Shown here: positions 29,237 to 38,328 of the stretch, piece after piece
Numbering within the stretch: position 1 is the stretch's first letter
Layout of the letters: each line of letters begins with the position of its first letter
The notes under the pieces: generated by a model
Seen by the model: only the letters and a program-made list of their open reading frames with translations
Told to the model about the DNA's origin: nothing
Database searches by the model: none
Position numbers and translations under genes: made by a program
Assembly (NCBI GenBank): GCA_033764315.1
Contig: JANRJA010000075.1
Coordinates: 1-64,000, forward strand
Length of the DNA: 64,000 nucleotides
Source: Oculatellaceae cyanobacterium bins.114
GTDB taxonomy: Bacteria; Cyanobacteriota; Cyanobacteriia; Elainellales; Elainellaceae
Reading direction: 5' to 3'

Positions 29237-31336
29237 ATGCGTTATTCTTCAGGGTTATTCAGTGCTGTTAAAACCACTTCGCGCTTAGTTATTGGTGTTA
29301 GGAGAGAATTCATGGATTCTACGCGTTCCCACAATAAACCCAGAGTCGCCCTCAAGTTTGTTTCAGGTTTAGGTGTGGTGACTGTCGTGTTGCTAAGTTT
29401 GGGAACAGAGAGTGCGATCGCTCAAGTTTTGCATCCCCCAACGGCGACGGCTCAAACCCTGGCTCAACTCTCTGCACCGATTACCGGATATTTTCTCTTT
29501 GTCAATCCCACGATTGGCAATAATGCGGGTGACGGCAGCCAACGGTTTCCCCTGCGCACGATTACCCACGCTTTACAACTGGCACAACCCAATACGGTGA
29601 TTGTGTTGAATGCTGGAACCTATAGCACTGAAACGGGTGAGACGTTTCCTCTAGCTCTCAAGCCCGGTGTGACGCTGCAAGGAGATGTCGCCAGTCGAGG
29701 ACGAGACATTGTGATTCGGGGGGGTGGAGAGTTTATTAGTCCCACCTTTGCTCGACAAAATATTGCTATGTTGGGGGCCAATCAAGCCCTTGTGTCAGGG
29801 GTGACGATCACCAATCCCAACCCACGAGGTTATGCATTGTGGATTGAGTCGAGTAGCCCAACCGTAGTCGCTAATACGTTTAGCAACAGTACGCACGACG
29901 GCATCTCAATCACGGGACATGGAGCACCTGTGATTCAGGGAAATGTGTTTTTGCAAAATGGGGCAAATGGCATCACGGTGTTTGGTACGGCGCAGCCGCA
30001 AATTCGGGAAAACGTGTTTGAGCGGACTGGTTTTGGGGTCAATGTTGCTCAACAGGCGGCTCCTGTTGTAATTGGCAATCGCATCATCAATAACGAAGAT
30101 GGTGTGGTGATTCAGGGTGACGCTCGACCCGTGCTAAGAGGCAACACGATTGAAGGAAATGAACGGGATGGGGTAGTGGCGATCGCCCGCTCTTTGCCAG
30201 ATATGGGAACGGCGACTGAAGCAGGGCAAAATGTGTTTCGCAATAATGGTCGCTATGACATCAACACCAGTGCGGCGACTCAGGCGATCGCGGCTTGGGG
30301 CAACGAACTAGCCAGTAATCGGGTTTACGGCTCACTCAATCTGTCGGGTCAAATGATTGCAACTCGCAATAGCTCGGCCCCTGGGCGACCCACAACATCT
30401 GTGGCTCCTGTTACGGCGGCTCCTGTTACGGCGGCTCGTCCTGCTAACTCAGCCGGGAGTTTTGCTGCTGTGCCCTCATTGCCGCCTGCTGCGCCGATTG
30501 CATCTCCGACTCAACCCGTGTCTCAGGGCACCTCGCAACCGACTCGCCCAGAGCGACTGCCATTGTTATCTCAAGCGGGTTTAAATCCAGCCCGGTCTAC
30601 GAACTCAACTCCGGTGGTGAGTCGTGCGTTTCCTGCTCCCAGTGGCATTAGCCCTTCCCCCAATACCTCAACGGGGGCGATCGAGATTCCCGTGCCTCCA
30701 CCAGGCATGACAAGAGGGCAATCTGTGACGATCAATCAACCTGTTGCCACGCGACCGTCTACCCTCCCTGTGACGACATCTCCTGTAACGGCTCCGGTAC
30801 GTTCTACGAACCTAGTTCGTGAGGTTGCGGTGCAACGATCTACATCTCCATCTCTCATGGCGGCTCAATCAGCATCGCCAGCCGCGATTGAGATTCCGGT
30901 GCCACCTCCTCAATCCAATCGTCCAGCCCAATCCCCTCTGCCTCAGCAAACGGCATCTCGCGCCTTGAGACCTGCTGCACCTGTTCCCAGCAGTAACGTG
31001 TTGCCTGTGCCCAATGGCAATGCACCTGTAGGCAACATTGGGGATATGCCAACGGTAGTTGTTTCTCAAAACCCGCTTCAACGTCGTGCTAGTGTGCCCT
31101 CGACGGATCCTAATCGAGCGGTCGCTTTGGGGTTGCGCTATCGAGTTGTGGTTGAAGCCGAGGATGAAAACACTCAAGCAATTGTGCGATCGCTGATTCC
31201 GGGGGCATTTCGGACTCAAGCGAATGGACGCATCATGATGCAGGCGGGGGCTTATAGCGATCGCGCCAACGCTGATGAAACGGTGCAGTGGTTGACCAGC
31301 AATGGACTGAGGGCGATCGTGCAACCTCTAAACTAA
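29237..31336 (+). CDS. DUF1565 / parallel beta-helix protein with Pro/Ser/Thr-rich linker and SPOR-like C-terminus
   Basis: GTYSTETGETFPL, beta-helix repeats, low-complexity linker, C-terminal QAGAYSDRANA. Start may be 29312. Confidence 0.85.
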   Translation: MRYSSGLFSAVKTTSRLVIGVRREFMDSTRSHNKPRVALKFVSGLGVVTVVLLSLGTESAIAQVLHPPTATAQTLAQLSAPITGYFLFVNPTIGNNAGDGSQRFPLRTITHALQLAQPNTVIVLNAGTYSTETGETFPLALKPGVTLQGDVASRGRDIVIRGGGEFISPTFARQNIAMLGANQALVSGVTITNPNPRGYALWIESSSPTVVANTFSNSTHDGISITGHGAPVIQGNVFLQNGANGITVFGTAQPQIRENVFERTGFGVNVAQQAAPVVIGNRIINNEDGVVIQGDARPVLRGNTIEGNERDGVVAIARSLPDMGTATEAGQNVFRNNGRYDINTSAATQAIAAWGNELASNRVYGSLNLSGQMIATRNSSAPGRPTTSVAPVTAAPVTAARPANSAGSFAAVPSLPPAAPIASPTQPVSQGTSQPTRPERLPLLSQAGLNPARSTNSTPVVSRAFPAPSGISPSPNTSTGAIEIPVPPPGMTRGQSVTINQPVATRPSTLPVTTSPVTAPVRSTNLVREVAVQRSTSPSLMAAQSASPAAIEIPVPPPQSNRPAQSPLPQQTASRALRPAAPVPSSNVLPVPNGNAPVGNIGDMPTVVVSQNPLQRRASVPSTDPNRAVALGLRYRVVVEAEDENTQAIVRSLIPGAFRTQANGRIMMQAGAYSDRANADETVQWLTSNGLRAIVQPLN

Positions 31337-31417
31337 CCCCTTCTGAGGACTAGACCCTCTTGGAGATTGCCATTGAGAGGATCTAAGATACTGTGGGAAT
31401 AGTGATGCGATCGAGTC

Positions 31418-32110
31418 ATGGCAAGAAACGAACTTCTGTCTCGCAGTTTCATGTTGATGAGCTTTGCGGCGGCGGCATTTTTGGTCGTCACTCAATGGCA
31501 AACTGAGCCAGATTTGGCGGCTGATCAAACAGCGGCAGCGACTGTGGTTGCGCCTATGGAACAAGCTGCTTATGCGGCTGAGACACCAACAGCGGCTGAG
31601 ACACCAACAACAGCCAGTTCTAATCCATCAGCCAATGCTCCTGCTTCTGTTGCATCTACTACCCCTCAACCTCTGGTTAAATCTGGGTTGTCTTCCTCGT
31701 TGCCCAGTTTCTTGATCGCTGATTTGCCTCACCTGATAGTAGACTTGAGCGATCGCCAGGTCTATCTCTATAAAGGAAACCAAGTGCAAGCCACCTATCC
31801 CATTGGCATTGGTCAACCCGGATGGGAAACCCCCATTGGCAGTTTTCAGGTCAATCACATGCAACCTGACCCCATCTGGCAGCACCCCATCACTGGGCAA
31901 ACCATCGCCGCTGGACCCGATAACCCCCTCGGCTCCCGCTGGATTGGCTTTTGGACAAGTCGCAACTATGAGATTGGCTTTCACGGCACCAATCAACCCA
32001 GCACGGTTGGCAAAGCCGTCTCGCATGGCTGCTTGCGCATGCATGACGCTGATGTAAAAGCTCTCTATGAGCAGGTCAAGCTGGGTACAACGGTGGTTGT
32101 GCGTCAATAA
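31418..32110 (+). CDS. L,D-transpeptidase (YkuD family)
   Basis: NPLGSRW and IGFHGT...SHGCLRM catalytic motif. Confidence 0.93.
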   Translation: MARNELLSRSFMLMSFAAAAFLVVTQWQTEPDLAADQTAAATVVAPMEQAAYAAETPTAAETPTTASSNPSANAPASVASTTPQPLVKSGLSSSLPSFLIADLPHLIVDLSDRQVYLYKGNQVQATYPIGIGQPGWETPIGSFQVNHMQPDPIWQHPITGQTIAAGPDNPLGSRWIGFWTSRNYEIGFHGTNQPSTVGKAVSHGCLRMHDADVKALYEQVKLGTTVVVRQ

Positions 32111-32135
32111 AGCTGAGGCTACCTGACCATAATGA

Positions 32136-32176
32136 TTGACACATGCTTTATTAATATGCATAATGCATGCATATTA
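32136..32176 (+). promoter_or_regulatory. Sigma70 promoter with overlapping palindromic operator for marR-eamA
   Basis: TTGACA(32136)-17 bp-CATAAT(32159); a perfect 10-bp inverted repeat taatatgcat-N5-atgcatatta (32152-32176) covers the -10. Confidence 0.75.
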
Positions 32177-32199
32177 TGGATTGACAATTTACCTTAGCG

Positions 32200-32718
32200 A
32201 TGGATGATGAACGAACCCTGAATCTATTGGGGGCTTTAGCTTTGAGCATTGTAGATGCGCTCAATCCTGTGCTTGAAGCTAATGCGGGTCATGGGGGTGA
32301 GACTCCTGCTGCACTGGTGACACTGGGAGCCGAACCAGGTATCTCAATCAATACTCTGCGGCAGATTTTGAATTTGTCTCATCCTGGAACGGTGCGACTA
32401 ATCGATCGCCTAGAAGCACAGGGTTTGGTAGAACGGCGATCGGGCGTAGATGGTCGAACGTTGGCCTTGTTTTTGACCAATGCGGGATGGGAACGACGGC
32501 AGGCTATCTTGACAGAGCGACGGCAGGCATTGCAAGTTGCCCTTCAACCCCTGACCCTAGATGAGCGATCGCAACTGACCACGCTCTTAGAAAAAATGCT
32601 GATGGGAATGACGACGGATGAGTTGCGTGCCTATGCGATTTGTCGTCTGTGCGAAGAAGAAGTGTGTCCGGGCGATCGCTGCCCAGTAGAACAGCAATAT
32701 TGCCAAATGGTGAACTGA
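32200..32718 (+). CDS. MarR family transcriptional regulator with Cys-rich C-terminal tail
   Basis: wHTH LSHPGTVRLIDRLEAQGLVER..DGR; tail ICRLCEEEVCPGDRCP. Confidence 0.9.
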   Translation: MDDERTLNLLGALALSIVDALNPVLEANAGHGGETPAALVTLGAEPGISINTLRQILNLSHPGTVRLIDRLEAQGLVERRSGVDGRTLALFLTNAGWERRQAILTERRQALQVALQPLTLDERSQLTTLLEKMLMGMTTDELRAYAICRLCEEEVCPGDRCPVEQQYCQMVN

Positions 32719-33608
32719 TGAATCGAGTCGTAATTGCCTTGAGTTATGCCTTTTGTTGGGGTGTTGGGGTAACGCTGACTAAAATTGCGCTTTCAGAAAT
32801 TACAGCAACGACCCTGTTAATTATTCAGTTGCTTTCGAGTGTGCTGTTTTTGGCGATCGCCTGTTATCTCAAGACGCGCCAGTTACCGTTTTCCCTCAAG
32901 CATCTTAAACGTGGTTTAGCGGGCATTTTTGAACCTGCCTTGGCCTATATGGTTGGCATCTTTGGCGTAGAAATGACAACCGCCAGCAATGCCACGTTGA
33001 TTGGGTCAACTGAGGTTATTTTGACTATTTTGTTTGCGGCTGTTTTTCTACAAGAAAAGCTCACCTATTCCAAATTAGGTTTAGCAGGCATTAGCTTTCT
33101 AGGGGTTCTTTTACTTCTGCTAAAAGATGCTCAAGGGACTGGCTATGCCTCTCTAACAGGTGATTTATTAGTGCTTTTAGGTACTTTGTTCGCTGTGTTT
33201 TATGTGCTCTTTAGCAAGAAGCAAATTGCTACTGAAGATCCACTGCAATTAACATCGTCACAACAATTAGTGGGCTTAATTACGACTCTAATCTGTTTTG
33301 GGGGGTTATCTATTTTGAACCCTGTCTATGAAGTGCATGCTACCGGAATTTCGCTGCAATTTTGGTTGTTGGCGATCGCTTCAGGTGTTATGCAATACGC
33401 CTTGGCGTTCTTACTGTATCTCACTGCATTGAGACATGTGCCTGTCAGTCAGGCTGCTTTTTATGTCGCCCTCATTCCGGTTTTTGGGGTAGCCAGTGCA
33501 GTGGTGATGATTGGTGAGAAACCCAGTTTGACTCAATGGATTGGAGGTTTTTTAGTAATTGGAGCATCTTATTATGCCAATCGGTTGCAACCGACTGTAG
33601 ACGTTTAA
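32718..33608 (+). CDS. DMT/EamA family transporter
   Basis: About 10 TM helices in two EamA repeats; TGATG translational coupling to marR. Confidence 0.9.
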   Translation: MNRVVIALSYAFCWGVGVTLTKIALSEITATTLLIIQLLSSVLFLAIACYLKTRQLPFSLKHLKRGLAGIFEPALAYMVGIFGVEMTTASNATLIGSTEVILTILFAAVFLQEKLTYSKLGLAGISFLGVLLLLLKDAQGTGYASLTGDLLVLLGTLFAVFYVLFSKKQIATEDPLQLTSSQQLVGLITTLICFGGLSILNPVYEVHATGISLQFWLLAIASGVMQYALAFLLYLTALRHVPVSQAAFYVALIPVFGVASAVVMIGEKPSLTQWIGGFLVIGASYYANRLQPTVDV

Positions 33609-33942
33609 GCATTCTTGGCTCTCAACCAGAGAGCACCCACCACCCCAAAAACGTCAACCAGTTTGATGGCTGTGTACCGTTTGAGCCAAAAATTAAGACA
33701 TAGGTGAGAGGTGCCAAGCGTCTTTGATCTTTTAAGCTGAGGATGAACTTATCCACTCGGCGATCGCTGCACAACCGAGCACCCCTATGACCTCAAAAGA
33801 CTCCACATCCAACTGGCGAAGGTATTGCTGGAGGAGTTTGAGAGCGTTTTGCAACCATCTTAAAGAACTTGTCAAGTGAATGGTTACAATTTAAACCAAC
33901 GACTTAAATCAACAACCCACTCCAGGCAAATTAACCTTGGGA

Positions 33943-35283
33943 ATGCCAGAGGCGATCGCTCTTTTTTTCTCCTACTCTCACAGAGATGAGCCACTGCGCG
34001 ACAAACTCGCAGAACACTTGAAGATCCTGGAACGCCAGGGTGTGATTTCCTCATGGCACGATCGCCAGATTGGTGCAGGAACTGAGTGGGCAACCGAAAT
34101 CGAGACGAATCTCAACCAGGCAGATATTATTCTGTTGCTAATTAGTGCATCGTTTCTCAGTTCTGACTATTGCTGGGGCATCGAGCTACAACGGGCAATG
34201 GAACGCCATGAGAGCGGGTCAGCCTGTGTCATTCCCGTGATTCTGCGCCCAGTAGATTGGAGTGGTGCCCCCTTTGGCAAACTCCAGGCATTTCCCAAAG
34301 ATGCTAAACCCATCACCCGTTGGGACGATCAGGATGAAGCCATGATGAATGTGGCACAGGGCATTCGAGCCGCAGCAGAACGGTTGAAAACCTTGCGTCA
34401 ACAACAGCGAGTTACAGAAGGGGGAATTGCTCCCTCCGCTCAAGATCCTACAACTCAACAAATCCGACAGTCAGGGCAGGGGGAATCGCACTATCGAGAC
34501 GAAGTGCAACACTGCTTTTGTGAGGACGGGGGGATGATTTCACCCGTCAGTCGGGTCTATTTGGATGGCTTACGCAATAGCTTAAAACTCTCAGTAGAAC
34601 AGGCAGAGGCGATCGAGCAAGATACCCTCAGACCCTACCAGACCTATGCTCAAACCTTGAGTGCCATGCTGCAACAGCAGTATCCCTTAACTCCATCGGC
34701 TCAAACTCTATTAGAGCGATTGCAGAAGACGTTGAACCTGAACGATGAAGAGGTTAAGACTCTGAGCGATCGCGTGATTGCTGAAGTTGCACCACAACCC
34801 TCTGACGACGATGATCTTACTTCTGAAAGGGGAATTGACTATACACAATTACGTGGCTTTTTAAGGGCAGGTCATTGGGAAAAAGCAGATCAGGAAACTT
34901 ACCGAGTCATGACTCAATTAGTGGGAAAAAGCCAGAAAAGTTGGTTGACATCTCATGATTTGTTCACTTTCCCCTGCATCGACCTGAGGACAATCGATCG
35001 CTTGTGGGTCAAATATAGCAATGACAAGTTTGGCTTTAGCGTGCAGAAACAGATTTATGTTGAGTGTGGTGCCCAATTGGATGGCAATTATCCTGGAGAT
35101 GACATTTGGTATAAGTTTTGTGAGTGTGTTGGCTGGAGAGTTAACGGAAAAAACGTAAGCCACGCTGATTTGAAAAAGAATCCTTTATTCTCTTTTCCTG
35201 GGGAATTGCCTACTTTAAGCGTGTTAGGAGTGAAGCGAGGAGGTGGCTTCATTTTCTCTCGTATCGAAACTTGTAAACTGTAG
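33943..35283 (+). CDS. TIR domain - helical linker - GUN4-like domain protein
   Basis: TIR motifs FFSYSHRD, WHDRQI, SDYCWGIE and VIPVIL; GUN4 motifs DYTQLR..L..G.WEKADQET, FPCIDLRTIDRLWVKYS..KFGFSVQKQIY. Confidence 0.9.
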   Translation: MPEAIALFFSYSHRDEPLRDKLAEHLKILERQGVISSWHDRQIGAGTEWATEIETNLNQADIILLLISASFLSSDYCWGIELQRAMERHESGSACVIPVILRPVDWSGAPFGKLQAFPKDAKPITRWDDQDEAMMNVAQGIRAAAERLKTLRQQQRVTEGGIAPSAQDPTTQQIRQSGQGESHYRDEVQHCFCEDGGMISPVSRVYLDGLRNSLKLSVEQAEAIEQDTLRPYQTYAQTLSAMLQQQYPLTPSAQTLLERLQKTLNLNDEEVKTLSDRVIAEVAPQPSDDDDLTSERGIDYTQLRGFLRAGHWEKADQETYRVMTQLVGKSQKSWLTSHDLFTFPCIDLRTIDRLWVKYSNDKFGFSVQKQIYVECGAQLDGNYPGDDIWYKFCECVGWRVNGKNVSHADLKKNPLFSFPGELPTLSVLGVKRGGGFIFSRIETCKL

Positions 35284-35423
35284 CAGACCCTTGCTCCCCG
35301 GATGCTTTAAGCAACCGGAGAGGTGCAGCCCCAAATGGGAGGCATGAAGGAGCGATCGCTGGTTCACCCAATGTTGGCTGTTTGCTAGAATGCGGATGTT
35401 CCTTCAACAAGCTGTAATTGGCA

Positions 35424-35609
35424 ATGAGTGACAAAGAAGCAGTGCTTGAGCTTGTAAAACGTTTACCTGCGACCGTGTCTCTGCGTGAAATTTTGCGAGA
35501 GATTGAATTTATTGCGGCAGTCAAAGAAGGGTTAGAAGAGATTGATCAGGGACAGGGGCTTTCAATTGAATCTGTTGAGCAAATGATGAACACATGGACT
35601 ACACCGTAA
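35424..35609 (+). CDS. Putative antitoxin (small acidic protein upstream of RelE/ParE)
   Basis: 61 aa; GLEEIDQGQ motif; overlaps the toxin start. Confidence 0.75.
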   Translation: MSDKEAVLELVKRLPATVSLREILREIEFIAAVKEGLEEIDQGQGLSIESVEQMMNTWTTP

Positions 35610-35890
35610 TTCTATCTCCTAAGGCAGTTGGAGATTTAGAGGCGATCGTCCGGTACATTACGTTGAACAATCCAGAAGCTGCTCGAATGGTTGGGCAAAA
35701 TCTTCTAAACAAAGCCAAGGAATTGAGCCAGTTTCCATTGAAAGGGCAAATGGTACCAGAGTTCAATAGTCCTGACATTCGGCAGGTTATTCTGAAGCCC
35801 TATCGGATTGTGTATCGAGTTGAAGAAGATAGGAAACGGATTAGTATTGCCCGATTTTGGCACTCCGCTCAAGACAACTTAGAGCTTTGA
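35594..35890 (+). CDS. Type II TA toxin, RelE/ParE family
   Basis: AVGDLEAIVRYI..NNPEAA, FPLKG..VPE, YRIVYRV and FWHSAQ motifs. Confidence 0.88.
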   Translation: MDYTVILSPKAVGDLEAIVRYITLNNPEAARMVGQNLLNKAKELSQFPLKGQMVPEFNSPDIRQVILKPYRIVYRVEEDRKRISIARFWHSAQDNLEL

Positions 35891-35996
35891 CCAGACTCCC
35901 CATCCCACCTCATTTAGAAGTCTTCAGTTATTTGTGAGAATAGCGACGAGTCTAGCAACTGAACAAATTTGATGGACAGTTTGCGCTCTAAAGGAG

Positions 35997-37016
35997 CTAC
36001 CGCATATTTTGTTTGCGTTCTTTTTTCAGGTCGCGAGTTTCTGCTGCTGCGAGATCAGCATCCAACAACGTTCTGCCGGTAGCCGCGAGGTAGACATCAT
36101 CTAAACTGGGACGTGACTGCGATACGCCAAATGTGGGCAATCCTGCCTCTTTTAAAGCTTGTTGAATGGTGAGTAGCGCATCGCTTTGGGCGTCAACCAC
36201 CAAATTTAACGAGTTGCCTTGTGCCTCATTGACGATCGCCTCTTGCACAAAGGCAAAGTTAGTCAGCAGCGTCTTAGCGGTTTCAGCTTCCTCACGGGGA
36301 GTAAATTCGCGAATTCGTAAGGTGATGCGATCGCCCCCAATCTGGTCTTTCAACTGAGAGGGAGTGCCTGACGCAATCACTAACCCGCGATCGATAATGG
36401 CAACGCGGTCGGCTAGGGCATCCACTTCTTCGAGGTAATGGCTGGTGATTAAGACGGTCGTTCCTTCGCTTCGCAGTTGCCGCAAAAAGTTCCACACGGC
36501 AGAGCGGCTCTCGATATCTAGGCCAACCGTCGGTTCATCGAGCACCAGCACATCGGGTTGATGCAACAATCCCGCAGCGAGATCGAGGCGTTTTCTCAAT
36601 CCGCCTGAATAGGTGCCTGTTTTTTTGTCTGCCCATTCGCCCAAACCTAAGAGCGACAGCATTTGGTCAATGCGTTCAGTGGCGATCGCTCGTGGTAGAT
36701 GATAGAGTGCGGCTTGTAGTTGCAGCAGTTCGCGTCCGGTCAAGACTTTATCAATGGCAACCTCTTGGGCGACGTAACCCAATCGTTGTCGGGCTAATTT
36801 AGGCTGTTCTAAAACTGAGATGCCAGAGACTTCAATCTGCCCTGCATCAGGAGTCGTCAACGTGCAGAGACAGCGGATGGTCGTGGTTTTGCCTGCTCCA
36901 TTGGGTCCGAGCAAACCAAAAATTTCACCAGGTTCAATGTGCAGTGACACGTCTTTGACGGCTTCAACCTGCCCATACCGTTTTTGTAATTTTTCAACGA
37001 CAACTGCTGGAGCCAT
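35997..37016 (-). CDS. ABC transporter ATP-binding protein (DrrA-like, ABC-2 type)
   Basis: GPNGAGKT, YSGG, LDEPT and H-loop TSH. Confidence 0.93.
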   Translation of the reverse strand: MAPAVVVEKLQKRYGQVEAVKDVSLHIEPGEIFGLLGPNGAGKTTTIRCLCTLTTPDAGQIEVSGISVLEQPKLARQRLGYVAQEVAIDKVLTGRELLQLQAALYHLPRAIATERIDQMLSLLGLGEWADKKTGTYSGGLRKRLDLAAGLLHQPDVLVLDEPTVGLDIESRSAVWNFLRQLRSEGTTVLITSHYLEEVDALADRVAIIDRGLVIASGTPSQLKDQIGGDRITLRIREFTPREEAETAKTLLTNFAFVQEAIVNEAQGNSLNLVVDAQSDALLTIQQALKEAGLPTFGVSQSRPSLDDVYLAATGRTLLDADLAAAETRDLKKERKQNMR

Positions 37017-37163
37017 TGTTTTGCCTAATAGTTGAGCGATCGCTGTGATTCTCTACTCTCTATCTTACTGAAAGGAGAGCCAGTAAAAGACGGCAGGGTT
37101 AAGGCTTGCTACAAAGATAACCGGACAGAGAGATAACCAGAAAGGTGGAAGAAGGGTCAAGTG

Positions 37164-37198
37164 AAACCCGTTGGGTTGCTCAGTAACCCAACGGATTT
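37164..37198 (-). terminator. Hairpin / probable terminator after ctaB
   Basis: ccgttgggttgc / gtaacccaacgg stem flanked by A/T runs. Confidence 0.5.
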
Positions 37199-37221
37199 AC
37201 GTCTATCTATTCCTCGGTTAT

Positions 37222-38211
37222 CTAGCCCATCATCACACTCGCGACGGTGCTCACTAGGGTGTTGAAATAATCAACCGCTGATGCAGTTAGTTGATGGGTC
37301 ACAGGTAGGCTATCGACTGCCATGCCTGCGCTCAAGAGCATCATGTAAAAGATGGAGTATTTGAACAGCGATCGCGCCAAGCCGAGATCCGTTGGCTCTT
37401 GCAGCAAGCTCCAGGCTTTAGAGACAAAGATGCCGCCGAGGAGAAGGGCGATCGCAGTATAGACTGCACCCATCACATGTAAGGGATAGACCAACAACAG
37501 CGTCACAGGAATCAGCAACAGAGTATAAATCCAGATTTGCCGAGCGGTGGGTGCTTCACCGACGATGACTGGTAGCATTGGCACCCCTACCTTGGCGTAG
37601 TCTTCGCGAATCATCATTGCCAGTGCCCAAAAATGGGGAGGAGTCCAGAAAAAGATGATGGCAAAGTAGACCCACGCGGCCCAACCTAAATCTCCGGTCA
37701 CGGCTGCCCAACCTACCAGGGGTGGAATAGCACCCGCCGCACCACCAATGACAATATTTTGAGTGCTATGCCGCTTGAGCCAGTGGGTATAGACCAGCAC
37801 GTAGGTCACAATGCCAGACATGGCTAACAGCGCACTCAGCAAGTTAGCAAAGACAGTGAGCAACGTAAAAGAAATAATGGCAAGAGCGATCGCAAAAATG
37901 AGTGCATCACGGGGTTGGACTCGACCCGATGGCAAGGGACGGTGACGAGTGCGTTCCATCTCGTAATCAATGTCTCGGTCATAAAGACAGTTGATTGTGT
38001 TTGCCGAAGCAGCAGCGAGTGCCCCACTCAGCAAGGTGACTAACAGTAAAAAGGGATCAACCTGCCCTTTGGCAGCAATCCACATGCTGCCAGCTGTGGT
38101 GATCAACAACAGGACAATAATGCGGGGTTTGGTCAGTTGCCAGTAACTCTGAAGCACCTGCCAGATGTTTCGATGGTGACGAGTTGTTCCGGCAAAAACG
38201 GTTTCATGCAT
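37222..38211 (-). CDS. ctaB: Heme O synthase (protoheme IX farnesyltransferase)
   Basis: LTKPRI, DRDID..MERT..RPLPSG and [11 protein letters not shown] motifs. Confidence 0.95.
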   Translation of the reverse strand: MHETVFAGTTRHHRNIWQVLQSYWQLTKPRIIVLLLITTAGSMWIAAKGQVDPFLLLVTLLSGALAAASANTINCLYDRDIDYEMERTRHRPLPSGRVQPRDALIFAIALAIISFTLLTVFANLLSALLAMSGIVTYVLVYTHWLKRHSTQNIVIGGAAGAIPPLVGWAAVTGDLGWAAWVYFAIIFFWTPPHFWALAMMIREDYAKVGVPMLPVIVGEAPTARQIWIYTLLLIPVTLLLVYPLHVMGAVYTAIALLLGGIFVSKAWSLLQEPTDLGLARSLFKYSIFYMMLLSAGMAVDSLPVTHQLTASAVDYFNTLVSTVASVMMG

Positions 38212-38328
38212 CAGCTTAAATTCCTAATGAATATGGGTTCTAAGGCTGGTCAAAGCGCAATAAACACGGTTGAGGAGCTAAGCGGAAGGAGTGTGAACGG
38301 TTCCCATGCAGGGGTGTGCCAACAAGAG

